Below are positions 10,871 to 25,436 of a DNA stretch of 64,000 nucleotides, piece by piece. Source of the DNA: Escherichia coli (GTDB lineage Bacteria; Pseudomonadota; Gammaproteobacteria; Enterobacterales; Enterobacteriaceae); assembly GCF_001677475.2 (NCBI RefSeq), contig NZ_CP015229.1; one strand, 5' to 3'. A program made the translations under genes and the position numbers. Under the pieces are notes generated by a model. The model was not told where the DNA came from. It did no database searches and saw only the letters and a list, made by a program, of their open reading frames with translations. The stretch's first letter is position 1. The number at the start of each line of letters is the position of its first letter.

Positions 10871-13177
10871 ATGTTTAAGGCCAGGAATTGCAGCTGGATA
10901 GGTTTACTTCCCCTGTTTATGCTGAGTCTTCCAGTACAGGCGGAACTTCGATGTGTTGCAAATGCAGTTGATATTGAACCATTTTTTTCTGCGGCTACCG
11001 CTGAAGATAAACAACAAGTTGAACAAGCTATCAACAGTAGCGTGAATCTTGTCCCCGTCGGTTTATCTGCACCGGACTGGAAAGTGCATCGTGGCAATTT
11101 AGTGGTGGAAGGTAATATAGAGAGTAATGAAAAATTGATTGTTCTTGGCAATTTGACAGTCAAAGGAAATATTTCCACTTTCTCTCTTTCTAATCCATGG
11201 GTTATTCTCGGTGATGTGACGGCAACGAATATATTTACGGATTCACCACTGTTAATTACCGGTTCGATAGATGCAAGTGGACTGGTATTTATCGACTCAT
11301 ATTACGATAATCCGTCTACGATTAAGGGAAGTATTAATGCGCGCGGGATATTTATCAATGACATAATTGCACCTGTTGTTGTGTCTTCGATAAATAGCGA
11401 ATTCATGGTCCGTGCGGGAGACAAAAATGACACTGAAAATGTCAAAAAAGCACTGACGATAATAAATCCTGATGCATATTATTGGGGCCTAATAAATGAT
11501 GAAGATGCTCTGAAAGAAATTTTTAAGCGAAGCAATATTCGCATGGCAGGGAATGTCTGTAATCAGATGAAAAAAGAAGCGCTGTTTCGCCCTAAGCCTT
11601 CTCCTGAGTTAGTGCAGGAATTGCAAATGCTGGATGAAGGCAAAGTTGCTGCATTTGAAGGACGAGACATTGCGACATTTGATCTTGCCGTAATGCGAAC
11701 TCTCCCAAGGCTTAAAGGAATTTCAGCTAACCTACGCAAACAACTTATTAATAGCAATGATGAACAAACGATTGAAAGTATGGCGAGATATATGCCCGAC
11801 AATGAGATTCTGGAGTTGACCGATCAGCAATTGGGTTACCAGCCTGTGGTTCTGGGGTTGCTCAACCGTGAACCGCTCTCTGTCGAAATAATGACGCGAA
11901 TGAGTCGTCTACCTAATGGTGTCGGTCCGTTGAATCTTGCGCTACGTGAAGATCTCCCTCTGGATATCGTCATGACTCTGGCGAAAAGAGATTGGGATAT
12001 GATCATTCAGGAGCTTTATAAAGATGCGTGGTTATTGCCCGAATCCATTATTGATGGCTATATCCGCAGTGATGATTCCTCTATTCGTCAGGTCGGTGCT
12101 GGAGGACAACTCACCTACAATCAGGCAATGCAGTTGGCGAACGATTCATCAAACAATGTTGTCACAAGCTTAGCGTTCAAGCTGGCAGAGATGAAGCACC
12201 ATGGTCAATTGTTGCGGATGACGCCACAAGAGAGTGACAAAGTTGCAGGCTATTTATACCAAAAATTCGAGAATGACGATGATCTAATACGTGTGTTATT
12301 TTTAGCATTGCCAGATAACTTACAGTTTAATTTTGTTAAAAGGATGGAGAAAAAATCCCCGGCCTACTTTTGCTGTCGGGATATGCAGGTAATTCACTCT
12401 GACGCTGCTTTACAACGGTTATTGACACGTTTCAACGATCCTGAGGGGTGGAGTAATCTGGCGAAAAATCAGTATCTGAGTACGGCGAAGAAACAAAAAA
12501 TTTGGCATCGCGCTTTATCGCATCGAAAAAATAATCCGAAAGCAGATTCAGCTGCATATGAAACCAGCGCTGATATGATTTTGTCTGAGCTTATCAGCCA
12601 CGGTGAAGTTGATGACCAGATGCTATTAAATGCCACCGCCCTGATACGTTTGGAAGACTGGGACTTTTTAGAGAGTGCATTAGTTAGTTGGGATAATTTA
12701 CCCGCTGTTGTCCTCAAGGAATTACAGCAAAATACGCCACGCAATGATATTTGGGCGAAGTTTTTTCTGAGGCAGGAAAACAGCTCCCGTGCGCAGGTTG
12801 ATGAAGCATTACGCGTCTATTATGCACTCGACCCCGGTGCGTTAGCACAACTGGATGTACTGGCAAAACAACCGGATCGTATATGGTGGAGTACACTGGC
12901 GAAAAGCAATCTCACATTTTTCAAGTTCGGCGCACTTAACAACCGCCACACACCGCCTGCAGTACTGGCGGCAGAAATTGATCCCGAGTGGTGGATTGTG
13001 GCGATGAATAATCCCCGTTTTCCAGTTGATGTATTAAAGGCGAGGCTGAAACGTGATCCTTTGCTGGCGTTAGAGCTTGTTAACCCTGAACTGGATTTAG
13101 TCCGCCAGCTGGCGCTTAACGGTAAGACGCGCGCAATACGGGAACAAGCGATGAAAAAACTTGATGAGTTGTATTGA
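10871..13177 (+). CDS. ydbD: Secreted protein YdbD: signal peptide, beta-helix-like N-terminal region, repeat-rich C-terminal region
   Basis: Track ORF 10865..13177; hydrophobic signal peptide ending VQA-ELR; start could be ATG 10865 or 10871. Confidence 0.85.
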   Translation: MFKARNCSWIGLLPLFMLSLPVQAELRCVANAVDIEPFFSAATAEDKQQVEQAINSSVNLVPVGLSAPDWKVHRGNLVVEGNIESNEKLIVLGNLTVKGNISTFSLSNPWVILGDVTATNIFTDSPLLITGSIDASGLVFIDSYYDNPSTIKGSINARGIFINDIIAPVVVSSINSEFMVRAGDKNDTENVKKALTIINPDAYYWGLINDEDALKEIFKRSNIRMAGNVCNQMKKEALFRPKPSPELVQELQMLDEGKVAAFEGRDIATFDLAVMRTLPRLKGISANLRKQLINSNDEQTIESMARYMPDNEILELTDQQLGYQPVVLGLLNREPLSVEIMTRMSRLPNGVGPLNLALREDLPLDIVMTLAKRDWDMIIQELYKDAWLLPESIIDGYIRSDDSSIRQVGAGGQLTYNQAMQLANDSSNNVVTSLAFKLAEMKHHGQLLRMTPQESDKVAGYLYQKFENDDDLIRVLFLALPDNLQFNFVKRMEKKSPAYFCCRDMQVIHSDAALQRLLTRFNDPEGWSNLAKNQYLSTAKKQKIWHRALSHRKNNPKADSAAYETSADMILSELISHGEVDDQMLLNATALIRLEDWDFLESALVSWDNLPAVVLKELQQNTPRNDIWAKFFLRQENSSRAQVDEALRVYYALDPGALAQLDVLAKQPDRIWWSTLAKSNLTFFKFGALNNRHTPPAVLAAEIDPEWWIVAMNNPRFPVDVLKARLKRDPLLALELVNPELDLVRQLALNGKTRAIREQAMKKLDELY

Positions 13178-13346
13178 TCCACAACGTAATATTTCTTAAC
13201 TATTTGATTAATTGGGATAATCATTCCTGACAGTGAGTCCCCAATACCTTGATATATTCTGAATTTTTAATGAAGCGGCGTGTTGCGATATCTCCGTCAG
13301 GGGAATTGATGCACCATAACGCAAACCGAATTATCAAGGATTGATA

Positions 13347-13952
13347 ATGACGCTCTACCAGATAAAACCGCTCTTTCAGTCGCTGTTAAGGCCGACGATG
13401 TTTTGGCTTTATAAGCACCACGTTACAGCGAATCACATCACTCTTGCTGCACTGGCGCTTTCTCTTCTTACCGGTTTGCTGTTGATGTTGGTGTCACAAC
13501 CCATCCTCTTTATGCTATTGCCCATCGTGCTTTTTGTCCGTATGGCGCTTAACGCGCTGGATGGTATGCTTGCGCGTGAGTGCAATCAGCAAACACGGCT
13601 TGGGGCAATTTTGAATGAGACTGGCGATGTTATTTCCGATATTGCTCTCTATTTACCGTTTTTATTTTTACCGGAAAGTAACGCATCACTCGTGATACTC
13701 ATGTTATTTTGCACCATATTGACCGAGTTTTGCGGTTTACTCGTGCAGACGATTAACGGTGTTCGCAATTATGCCGGTCCATTTGGCAAAAGCGATCGCG
13801 CGTTAATATTTGGTCTGTGGGGGCTAGCCGTTGCCATTTATCCACAGTGGATGCAATGGAATAATCTTTTATGGAGCATTGCTTCAATTCTGCTTCTCTG
13901 GACTGCGATTAATCGTTGTCGGAGTGTGCTCCTGATGAGCGCTGAAAGATAA
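13347..13952 (+). CDS. ynbA: CDP-alcohol phosphatidyltransferase family membrane protein
   Basis: Track ORF 13341..13952; CAPT-like motif DGMLAR...G...D...D; multiple TM segments. Confidence 0.85.
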   Translation: MTLYQIKPLFQSLLRPTMFWLYKHHVTANHITLAALALSLLTGLLLMLVSQPILFMLLPIVLFVRMALNALDGMLARECNQQTRLGAILNETGDVISDIALYLPFLFLPESNASLVILMLFCTILTEFCGLLVQTINGVRNYAGPFGKSDRALIFGLWGLAVAIYPQWMQWNNLLWSIASILLLWTAINRCRSVLLMSAER

Positions 13953-14848
13953 TGCTGGAAAAATCTCTGGCAACACTTTTCGCGTTGTTAATTTTAGCAA
14001 CGCTGATAAACCGTTTTCTGGTATGGCGGTTACCGGAGAGAAAAGAGGATGAAGTTACATTACGTATTCGTACCTGGTGGGGCATCGTCATTTGTTTTTC
14101 ACTGGTGATTTCAGGTCCACGCTGGATGACGTTGACGTTTTTTACGCTGATAAGTTTTCTGGCATTGAAAGAATATTGTACGCTTATATCCGTACATTTT
14201 CCGCGTTGGTTATATTGGGTTATTCCTCTTAACTATTTGCTTATCGGTTTTAATTGCTTTGAGCTGTTTCTGTTATTTATACCTTTGACTGGGTTTCTGA
14301 TATTAGCCACCTGGCGAGTTTTTGTGGGTGACCCCTCCGGTTTTCTGCATACCGTGAGCGCCATTTTTTGGGGCTGGATAATGACCGTTTTTGCCTTGAG
14401 TCATGCCGCCTGGCTATTAATGTTGCCAACCATAAATATCCAGGGCGGGGCGTTACTGGTGTTATTTCTTTTGGCGTTAACCGAGTCAAACGATATTGCA
14501 CAGTATTTATGGGGGAAATCCTGCGGCAGAAGAAAAGTGGTCCCCAAAGTCAGCCCAGGAAAAACGCTGGAAGGTCTGGTGGGGGGCGTAATCACCACCA
14601 TGATTGCGTCACTGATTATTGGACCGTTGCTGACACCGCTAAATACATTACAGGCATTATTAGCGGGTTTGTTAATTGGTATTAGTGGTTTTTGCGGCGA
14701 TGTAGTGATGTCAGCCATCAAACGAGATATTGGTGTTAAAGATAGTGGAAAACTATTACCAGGACATGGCGGACTCCTTGACAGGATTGACTCATTAATT
14801 TTCACCGCTCCGGTATTTTTTTATTTTATTCGCTACTGCTGTTACTGA
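13952..14848 (+). CDS. ynbB: Phosphatidate cytidylyltransferase (CdsA)-like membrane protein
   Basis: Track ORF, 298 aa; C-terminal CDS signature SAIKRDIGVKDSGKLLPGHGGLLDRIDS; start overlaps ynbA stop. Confidence 0.85.
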   Translation: MLEKSLATLFALLILATLINRFLVWRLPERKEDEVTLRIRTWWGIVICFSLVISGPRWMTLTFFTLISFLALKEYCTLISVHFPRWLYWVIPLNYLLIGFNCFELFLLFIPLTGFLILATWRVFVGDPSGFLHTVSAIFWGWIMTVFALSHAAWLLMLPTINIQGGALLVLFLLALTESNDIAQYLWGKSCGRRKVVPKVSPGKTLEGLVGGVITTMIASLIIGPLLTPLNTLQALLAGLLIGISGFCGDVVMSAIKRDIGVKDSGKLLPGHGGLLDRIDSLIFTAPVFFYFIRYCCY

Positions 14849-14863
14849 AGGAAAATAGAGAAA

Positions 14864-17927
<3,064 letters not shown>

Positions 17928-17977
17928 GTGGATTGAGATGTGGACTGAACTACAGTCCACATCAAGATCGTATCCGG

Positions 17978-18592
<615 letters not shown>

Positions 18593-18783
18593 TTATAGAT
18601 GTTTGAATGGGCGATGCCCCGTTGCTTGTTGACACTTTATTCACAATCCTGCCACAGAGATAGCGCAATAAATCGAAGCCTATGTTCGAATTTATTGAAC
18701 AACGCATAGAAAGCCGCGATGTGGTACTCTATATCTATCATTTAAAAGAAAATTAATCAGGCAGACTACTGCCCACTAACGTT

Positions 18784-21700
18784 ATGACAGAACAACAAAA
18801 ATTGACCTTTACTGCTTTGCAACAGCGGCTGGATTCGCTGATGCTGCGCGACAGACTGCGTTTTTCTCGCCGTCTGCACGGTGTTAAGAAGGTTAAAAAT
18901 CCTGATGCACAACAGGCCATTTTCCAGGAAATGGCGAAAGAGATTGACCAGGCGGCAGGGAAAGTCCTGCTGCGTGAAGCGGCACGACCGGAAATCACTT
19001 ATCCGGACAATTTGCCAGTTAGTCAGAAAAAGCAGGACATACTCGAAGCGATTCGCGATCACCAGGTGGTGATCGTCGCCGGGGAAACGGGTTCTGGTAA
19101 AACGACTCAGTTACCGAAAATCTGTATGGAGCTGGGGCGCGGGATTAAAGGGCTGATCGGCCATACCCAGCCGCGTCGCCTGGCGGCAAGAACGGTGGCG
19201 AACCGTATTGCGGAAGAGCTGAAAACGGAGCCGGGCGGTTGCATCGGTTACAAAGTGCGTTTCAACGATCACGTAAGTGATAACACGATGGTCAAGCTGA
19301 TGACCGACGGTATCCTGTTGGCGGAGATCCAACAAGACCGCCTGCTAATGCAGTACGACACCATCATTATTGACGAGGCGCACGAACGCAGCCTGAATAT
19401 CGATTTTCTGCTCGGCTATTTGAAAGAGTTGCTGCCGCGGCGTCCTGACCTAAAAATCATTATCACTTCCGCGACTATCGACCCGGAACGCTTTTCGCGC
19501 CACTTTAATAATGCGCCGATTATTGAAGTCTCCGGTCGGACTTATCCGGTGGAAGTGCGCTATCGCCCGATAGTTGAAGATGCGGATGACACTGAGCGCG
19601 ACCAGTTGCAGGCGATTTTTGACGCCGTGGATGAACTGGGGCGTGAAAGTGCCGGCGACATTCTGATCTTTATGAGCGGCGAGCGGGAAATTCGCGATAC
19701 CGCCGATGCGCTGAACAAGCTGAATCTGCGTCATACGGAAATTTTACCGCTTTATGCGCGGCTTTCGAATAGCGAACAGAACCGCGTGTTCCAGTCGCAC
19801 AGCGGACGGCGTATTGTGCTGGCGACCAACGTCGCGGAAACCTCGCTGACCGTACCGGGGATTAAATACGTTATCGACCCCGGTACGGCGCGTATCAGCC
19901 GCTACAGCTATCGCACCAAAGTGCAGCGTTTGCCGATTGAACCCATTTCACAGGCGTCTGCCAATCAGCGTAAAGGCCGTTGTGGTCGTGTGTCCGAAGG
20001 GATCTGTATTCGTCTCTATTCCGAAGACGATTTCCTCTCGCGCCCGGAGTTTACCGATCCAGAGATTCTGCGTACCAACCTGGCCTCGGTTATTTTGCAG
20101 ATGACCGCGCTGGGGCTGGGCGATATCGCTGCGTTCCCGTTTGTCGAAGCACCGGATAAACGCAATATCCAGGATGGCGTGCGTCTGCTCGAAGAGCTGG
20201 GCGCGATCACCACTGATGAACAGGCCAGCGCCTATAAACTGACGCCGCTCGGTCGTCAGCTCTCGCAGTTGCCTGTCGACCCACGTCTGGCGCGTATGGT
20301 GCTGGAAGCGCAAAAACATGGCTGCGTGCGTGAGGCGATGATTATCACGTCCGCGCTCTCCATTCAGGATCCGCGCGAACGTCCGATGGACAAACAGCAG
20401 GCATCGGACGAAAAACATCGTCGCTTCCACGACAAAGAGTCTGACTTCCTGGCGTTTGTGAATCTGTGGAATTATCTTGGCGAGCAGCAAAAGGCGCTTT
20501 CTTCAAACGCCTTCCGTCGCCTGTGTCGTACCGATTATCTCAACTATCTGCGTGTGCGCGAATGGCAGGATATCTACACCCAGTTGCGTCAGGTGGTGAA
20601 AGAACTTGGCATTCCGGTCAACAGCGAACCGGCGGAGTATCGCGAAATTCACATCGCCTTACTGACCGGTTTGCTTTCCCATATCGGCATGAAAGATGCC
20701 GATAAACAGGAATATACCGGTGCACGTAACGCGCGTTTCTCCATCTTCCCCGGTTCTGGTTTATTCAAAAAGCCGCCGAAATGGGTAATGGTGGCGGAAT
20801 TGGTAGAAACCAGCCGCCTGTGGGGGCGCATTGCTGCGCGTATCGATCCAGAATGGGTGGAACCCGTTGCGCAGCATTTGATTAAACGCACCTACAGCGA
20901 ACCGCACTGGGAACGGGCGCAGGGCGCGGTGATGGCAACGGAAAAAGTCACTGTGTATGGATTGCCGATTGTTGCCGCGCGCAAGGTCAACTACAGCCAG
21001 ATTGATCCGGCGTTATGTCGTGAACTCTTTATTCGCCACGCGCTGGTGGAAGGTGACTGGCAGACGCGTCACGCATTCTTCCGTGAAAACCTGAAACTGC
21101 GGGCCGAAGTGGAAGAACTGGAACACAAATCACGTCGCCGCGATATTCTGGTTGATGACGAAACGTTGTTTGAGTTTTATGACCAGCGCATCAGCCACGA
21201 TGTAATCTCCGCTCGTCACTTCGACAGCTGGTGGAAAAAAGTCAGCCGCGAAACGCCTGATTTGCTGAACTTTGAAAAGAGCATGTTGATCAAAGAAGGG
21301 GCGGAAAAAATCAGCAAGCTGGATTACCCGAACTTCTGGCATCAGGGCAATCTCAAGCTGCGTTTGAGCTATCAGTTTGAGCCCGGCGCGGATGCTGACG
21401 GTGTGACGGTACATATCCCGCTGCCGTTACTTAATCAGGTTGAGGAGAGTGGGTTTGAGTGGCAGATCCCCGGCCTGCGCCGCGAACTGATCATCGCGCT
21501 GATTAAATCGTTGCCGAAACCGGTACGGCGTAATTTTGTACCCGCGCCAAACTACGCCGAAGCGTTCTTAGGCCGCGTCACGCCACTGGAGCTGCCGTTG
21601 CTCGACAGCCTTGAGCGCGAGCTACGTAGGATGACCGGCGTTACCGTTGACCGCGAGGACTGGCACTGGGATCAGGTGCCCGATCACCTGAAAATCACCT

Positions 21701-22686
21701 TCCGCGTGGTGGATGACAAAAACAAGAAGCTAAAAGAAGGGCGCTCGCTACAAGATCTGAAAGACGCGCTGAAAGGCAAAGTGCAGGAAACGCTGTCTGC
21801 GGTGGCGGATGACGGTATCGAGCAGAGCGGCTTACATATCTGGAGCTTTGGGCAACTGCCGGAAAGCTATGAGCAGAAGCGCGGCAACTACAAAGTGAAG
21901 GCGTGGCCAGCGTTGGTGGATGAACGCGACAGCGTAGCGATCAAACTGTTTGATAATCCGCTGGAACAGAAGCAAGCGATGTGGAACGGTCTTCGCCGTT
22001 TGCTACTGCTGAATATTCCATCGCCGATCAAGTACTTGCATGAAAAGTTACCAAACAAAGCCAAGTTAGGGCTGTACTTTAACCCGTATGGCAAAGTGCT
22101 GGATCTTATCGACGACTGTATCTCCTGCGGTGTGGATAAATTGATCGATGCCAACGGTGGCCCTGTCTGGACGGAAGAATGCTTTGCTGCGCTGCATGAA
22201 AAAGTGCGTGCCGAACTGAACGATACGGTGGTGGATATTGCGAAGCAGGTCGAGCAAATCCTCACAGCGGTGTTCAATATCAATAAACGCCTTAAAGGGC
22301 GCGTTGATATGACGATGGCGCTGGGACTTTCAGATATCAAAGCGCAGATGGGCGGGCTGGTATATCGCGGTTTTGTCACCGGTAACGGTTTCAAACGTCT
22401 GGGTGACACGCTGCGTTATTTGCAGGCGATTGAAAAACGACTGGAAAAACTGGCGGTTGACCCGCATCGTGACCGTGCACAGATGCTCAAAGTCGAGAAC
22501 GTCCAGCAGGCGTGGCAGCAGTGGATCAACAAACTGCCGCCAGCACGTCGTGAGGATGAAGACGTGAAAGAGATTCGTTGGATGATAGAGGAGTTGCGCG
22601 TCAGTTACTTCGCTCAACAACTTGGTACGCCTTATCCTATTTCTGACAAGCGTATTTTGCAGGCGATGGAGCAGATTAGCGGATAA
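18784..22686 (+). CDS. hrpA: ATP-dependent RNA helicase HrpA (DEAH-box)
   Basis: Track ORF, 1300 aa; Walker A GETGSGKTTQ, DEAH motif IIIDEAHERS. Confidence 0.95.
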   Translation: MTEQQKLTFTALQQRLDSLMLRDRLRFSRRLHGVKKVKNPDAQQAIFQEMAKEIDQAAGKVLLREAARPEITYPDNLPVSQKKQDILEAIRDHQVVIVAGETGSGKTTQLPKICMELGRGIKGLIGHTQPRRLAARTVANRIAEELKTEPGGCIGYKVRFNDHVSDNTMVKLMTDGILLAEIQQDRLLMQYDTIIIDEAHERSLNIDFLLGYLKELLPRRPDLKIIITSATIDPERFSRHFNNAPIIEVSGRTYPVEVRYRPIVEDADDTERDQLQAIFDAVDELGRESAGDILIFMSGEREIRDTADALNKLNLRHTEILPLYARLSNSEQNRVFQSHSGRRIVLATNVAETSLTVPGIKYVIDPGTARISRYSYRTKVQRLPIEPISQASANQRKGRCGRVSEGICIRLYSEDDFLSRPEFTDPEILRTNLASVILQMTALGLGDIAAFPFVEAPDKRNIQDGVRLLEELGAITTDEQASAYKLTPLGRQLSQLPVDPRLARMVLEAQKHGCVREAMIITSALSIQDPRERPMDKQQASDEKHRRFHDKESDFLAFVNLWNYLGEQQKALSSNAFRRLCRTDYLNYLRVREWQDIYTQLRQVVKELGIPVNSEPAEYREIHIALLTGLLSHIGMKDADKQEYTGARNARFSIFPGSGLFKKPPKWVMVAELVETSRLWGRIAARIDPEWVEPVAQHLIKRTYSEPHWERAQGAVMATEKVTVYGLPIVAARKVNYSQIDPALCRELFIRHALVEGDWQTRHAFFRENLKLRAEVEELEHKSRRRDILVDDETLFEFYDQRISHDVISARHFDSWWKKVSRETPDLLNFEKSMLIKEGAEKISKLDYPNFWHQGNLKLRLSYQFEPGADADGVTVHIPLPLLNQVEESGFEWQIPGLRRELIIALIKSLPKPVRRNFVPAPNYAEAFLGRVTPLELPLLDSLERELRRMTGVTVDREDWHWDQVPDHLKITFRVVDDKNKKLKEGRSLQDLKDALKGKVQETLSAVADDGIEQSGLHIWSFGQLPESYEQKRGNYKVKAWPALVDERDSVAIKLFDNPLEQKQAMWNGLRRLLLLNIPSPIKYLHEKLPNKAKLGLYFNPYGKVLDLIDDCISCGVDKLIDANGGPVWTEECFAALHEKVRAELNDTVVDIAKQVEQILTAVFNINKRLKGRVDMTMALGLSDIKAQMGGLVYRGFVTGNGFKRLGDTLRYLQAIEKRLEKLAVDPHRDRAQMLKVENVQQAWQQWINKLPPARREDEDVKEIRWMIEELRVSYFAQQLGTPYPISDKRILQAMEQISG

Positions 22687-22710
22687 CGCTGCAATCTGGT
22701 TGATAAATCT

Positions 22711-22745
22711 AAAACCCGGTAAGCATTTAGCGCCGGGTTTTTTAT
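22711..22745 (+). terminator. Rho-independent terminator after hrpA
   Basis: 9-bp stem AAAACCCGG/CCGGGTTTT with 13-nt loop, then T-run. Confidence 0.6.
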
Positions 22746-22958
22746 TAATTCTAAAAACGGTAAGGGAAAAAATTCAGGAGTTCAGAAAAATACAATTCTC
22801 TGCTGCAAGATGAATAATGTTTATCTACAGCATTTCCTTAAAAGATATGTCAGGCTTGCGGAGTGGCGGTTAAGGAAATACGACTTCCTCCTTTCAGAGT
22901 GCTCCGCTTCTCACTATTATCTCACGCAGTATTCTTAAGGGAACGATAAGGAGGAACC

Positions 22959-23759
22959 ATGAACATTACCCCGTTTCCGACGCTTTCGCCGGCAACCATA
23001 GATGCTATAAATGTTATCGGACAGTGGCTGGCGCAGGATGATTTCTCCGGTGAGGTGCCGTATCAGGCCGATTGCGTGATCCTTGCAGGCAATGCGGTTA
23101 TGCCGACTATCGACGCGGCATGTAAGATTGCCCGCGATCAGCAAATTCCTTTACTGATTAGTGGTGGTATCGGTCACTCGACAACTTTTTTGTATAGCGC
23201 CATCGCACAACATCCGCATTACAACACTATCCGCACCACTGGCAGAGCAGAAGCTACCATCCTGGCGGATATCGCTCATCAGTTCTGGCATATTCCGCAT
23301 GAAAAAATCTGGATTGAAGACCAGTCAACAAACTGCGGTGAAAACGCACGCTTTAGCATCGCGCTATTGAATCAGGCCGTAGAACGAGTTCATACGGCTA
23401 TCGTTGTTCAAGACCCCACCATGCAGCGGCGCACGATGGCGACGTTCCGCCGTATGACCGGGGACAATCCCGATGCACCACGTTGGTTAAGTTATCCCGG
23501 ATTCGTTCCTCAGTTAGGAAATAACGCAGACAGTGTAATCTTTGTTAATCCGTTGCAAGGATTATGGCCGGTTGAGCGTTATCTATCACTACTCACTGGC
23601 GAGCTGCCGCGTTTACGCGATGATAGCGATGGCTACGGTCCCCGCGGGCGAGATTTTATCGTTCACGTTGATTTTCCGGCAGAAGTCATTCAGGCATGGC
23701 AAACGCTGAAACATGATGCGGTGCTCATCGAGGCGATGGAAAGTCGCTCGTTACGTTAA
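22959..23759 (+). CDS. ydcF: DUF218-family protein YdcF
   Basis: Track ORF, 266 aa; strong RBS AAGGAGG upstream; matches remembered YdcF. Confidence 0.85.
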   Translation: MNITPFPTLSPATIDAINVIGQWLAQDDFSGEVPYQADCVILAGNAVMPTIDAACKIARDQQIPLLISGGIGHSTTFLYSAIAQHPHYNTIRTTGRAEATILADIAHQFWHIPHEKIWIEDQSTNCGENARFSIALLNQAVERVHTAIVVQDPTMQRRTMATFRRMTGDNPDAPRWLSYPGFVPQLGNNADSVIFVNPLQGLWPVERYLSLLTGELPRLRDDSDGYGPRGRDFIVHVDFPAEVIQAWQTLKHDAVLIEAMESRSLR

Positions 23760-23955
23760 AAATTGCCCGTTTGTGAACCACTTGTTTGCAAACGGGCATG
23801 ACTCCTGACTTTTATTTCTGCCTTTTATTCCTTTTACACTTGTTTTTATGAAGCCCTTCACAGAATTGTCCTTTCACGATGCCGTCTCTATGATGATTGA
23901 TGTTAATTAACAATGCATTTACCAAAAACAAACATATAAATCACAGGAGTCGCCC

Positions 23956-25395
23956 ATGTCAGTACCCGTTCAACATCCTATGTATATTGATGGACAGTTT
24001 GTTACCTGGCGTGGAGACGCATGGATTGATGTGGTAAACCCTGCTACTGAGGCTGTCATTTCCCGCATTCCCGATGGTCAGGCCGAGGATGCCCGTAAGG
24101 CAATCGATGCAGCAGAACGTGCACAACCAGAATGGGAAGCGTTGCCTGCTATTGAACGCGCCAGTTGGTTGCGCAAAATCTCCGCCGGGATCCGGGAACG
24201 TGCCAGTGAAATCAGTGCGCTGATTGTCGAAGAAGGGGGCAAGATCCAGCAGCTGGCTGAAGTTGAAGTGGCTTTTACTGCGGACTATATCGATTATATG
24301 GCGGAGTGGGCACGCCGTTATGAAGGCGAGATTATTCAAAGCGATCGTCCAGGAGAAAATATTCTTCTGTTTAAACGTGCGCTTGGCGTGACTACCGGCA
24401 TTCTGCCGTGGAACTTCCCGTTCTTCCTCATTGCACGCAAAATGGCTCCCGCTCTTTTGACCGGTAATACCATCGTCATTAAACCCAGTGAATTTACGCC
24501 AAACAATGCGATTGCATTCGCCAAAATCGTCGATGAAATAGGCCTTCCGCGCGGCGTGTTTAACCTTGTACTGGGGCGTGGTGAAACCGTTGGGCAAGAA
24601 CTGGCGGGTAACCCAAAGGTCGCAATGGTCAGTATGACAGGCAGCGTCTCTGCAGGTGAGAAGATCATGGCGACTGCGGCGAAAAACATCACCAAAGTGT
24701 GTCTGGAATTGGGTGGTAAAGCACCGGCTATCGTAATGGACGATGCCGATCTTGAACTGGCAGTCAAAGCCATCGTTGATTCACGCGTCATTAATAGTGG
24801 GCAAGTGTGTAACTGTGCAGAACGTGTTTATGTACAGAAAGGCATTTATGATCAGTTCGTCAATCGTCTGGGTGAAGCGATGCAGGCGGTTCAATTTGGT
24901 AACCCCGCTGAACGCAACGACATTGCGATGGGGCCGTTGATTAACGCCGCGGCGCTGGAAAGGGTTGAGCAAAAAGTAGCGCGCGCAGTAGAAGAAGGGG
25001 CGAGAGTGGGGTTGGGTGGCAAAGCGGTAGAGGGGAAAGGATATTATTATCCGCCGACATTGCTGTTGGATGTTCGCCAGGAAATGTCGATTATGCATGA
25101 GGAAACCTTTGGCCCGGTTCTGCCGGTGGTCGCATTTGACACGCTGGAAGATGCTATCTCAATGGCGAATGACAGTGATTACGGCCTGACCTCATCAATC
25201 TATACCCAAAATCTGAACGTCGCGATGAAAGCCATTAAAGGGCTGAAGTTTGGTGAAACTTACATCAACCGTGAAAACTTCGAAGCTATGCAAGGCTTCC
25301 ACGCCGGATGGCGTAAATCCGGTATTGGCGGCGCAGATGGTAAACATGGCCTGCATGAATATCTGCAGACCCAGGTGGTTTATTTACAGTCGTAA
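23956..25395 (+). CDS. aldA: Lactaldehyde dehydrogenase (NAD-dependent aldehyde dehydrogenase)
   Basis: Track ORF, 479 aa; ALDH catalytic motifs ELGGKAP and VCNCAERVY. Confidence 0.95.
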   Translation: MSVPVQHPMYIDGQFVTWRGDAWIDVVNPATEAVISRIPDGQAEDARKAIDAAERAQPEWEALPAIERASWLRKISAGIRERASEISALIVEEGGKIQQLAEVEVAFTADYIDYMAEWARRYEGEIIQSDRPGENILLFKRALGVTTGILPWNFPFFLIARKMAPALLTGNTIVIKPSEFTPNNAIAFAKIVDEIGLPRGVFNLVLGRGETVGQELAGNPKVAMVSMTGSVSAGEKIMATAAKNITKVCLELGGKAPAIVMDDADLELAVKAIVDSRVINSGQVCNCAERVYVQKGIYDQFVNRLGEAMQAVQFGNPAERNDIAMGPLINAAALERVEQKVARAVEEGARVGLGGKAVEGKGYYYPPTLLLDVRQEMSIMHEETFGPVLPVVAFDTLEDAISMANDSDYGLTSSIYTQNLNVAMKAIKGLKFGETYINRENFEAMQGFHAGWRKSGIGGADGKHGLHEYLQTQVVYLQS

Positions 25396-25405
25396 TGAGT
25401 GGAAG

Positions 25406-25429
25406 AGGCGGAGGTTTTTTCCTCCGCCT
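25406..25429. terminator. Bidirectional terminator between convergent aldA and gapC
   Basis: Stem AGGCGGAGG/CCTCCGCCT with T6 loop. Confidence 0.7.
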
Positions 25430-25436
25430 GTGTGCG

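Noticed and set aside
19948-20490. 180-aa minus-strand ORF (and similar ones at 21888..22409, 23959..24597, 40789..41529, 45716..46357, 57344..57964, 33106..33546)
   Set aside because: All lie antisense within well-supported genes (hrpA, aldA, rlhA, ydcS, yncE, opgD); none has a recognisable motif.
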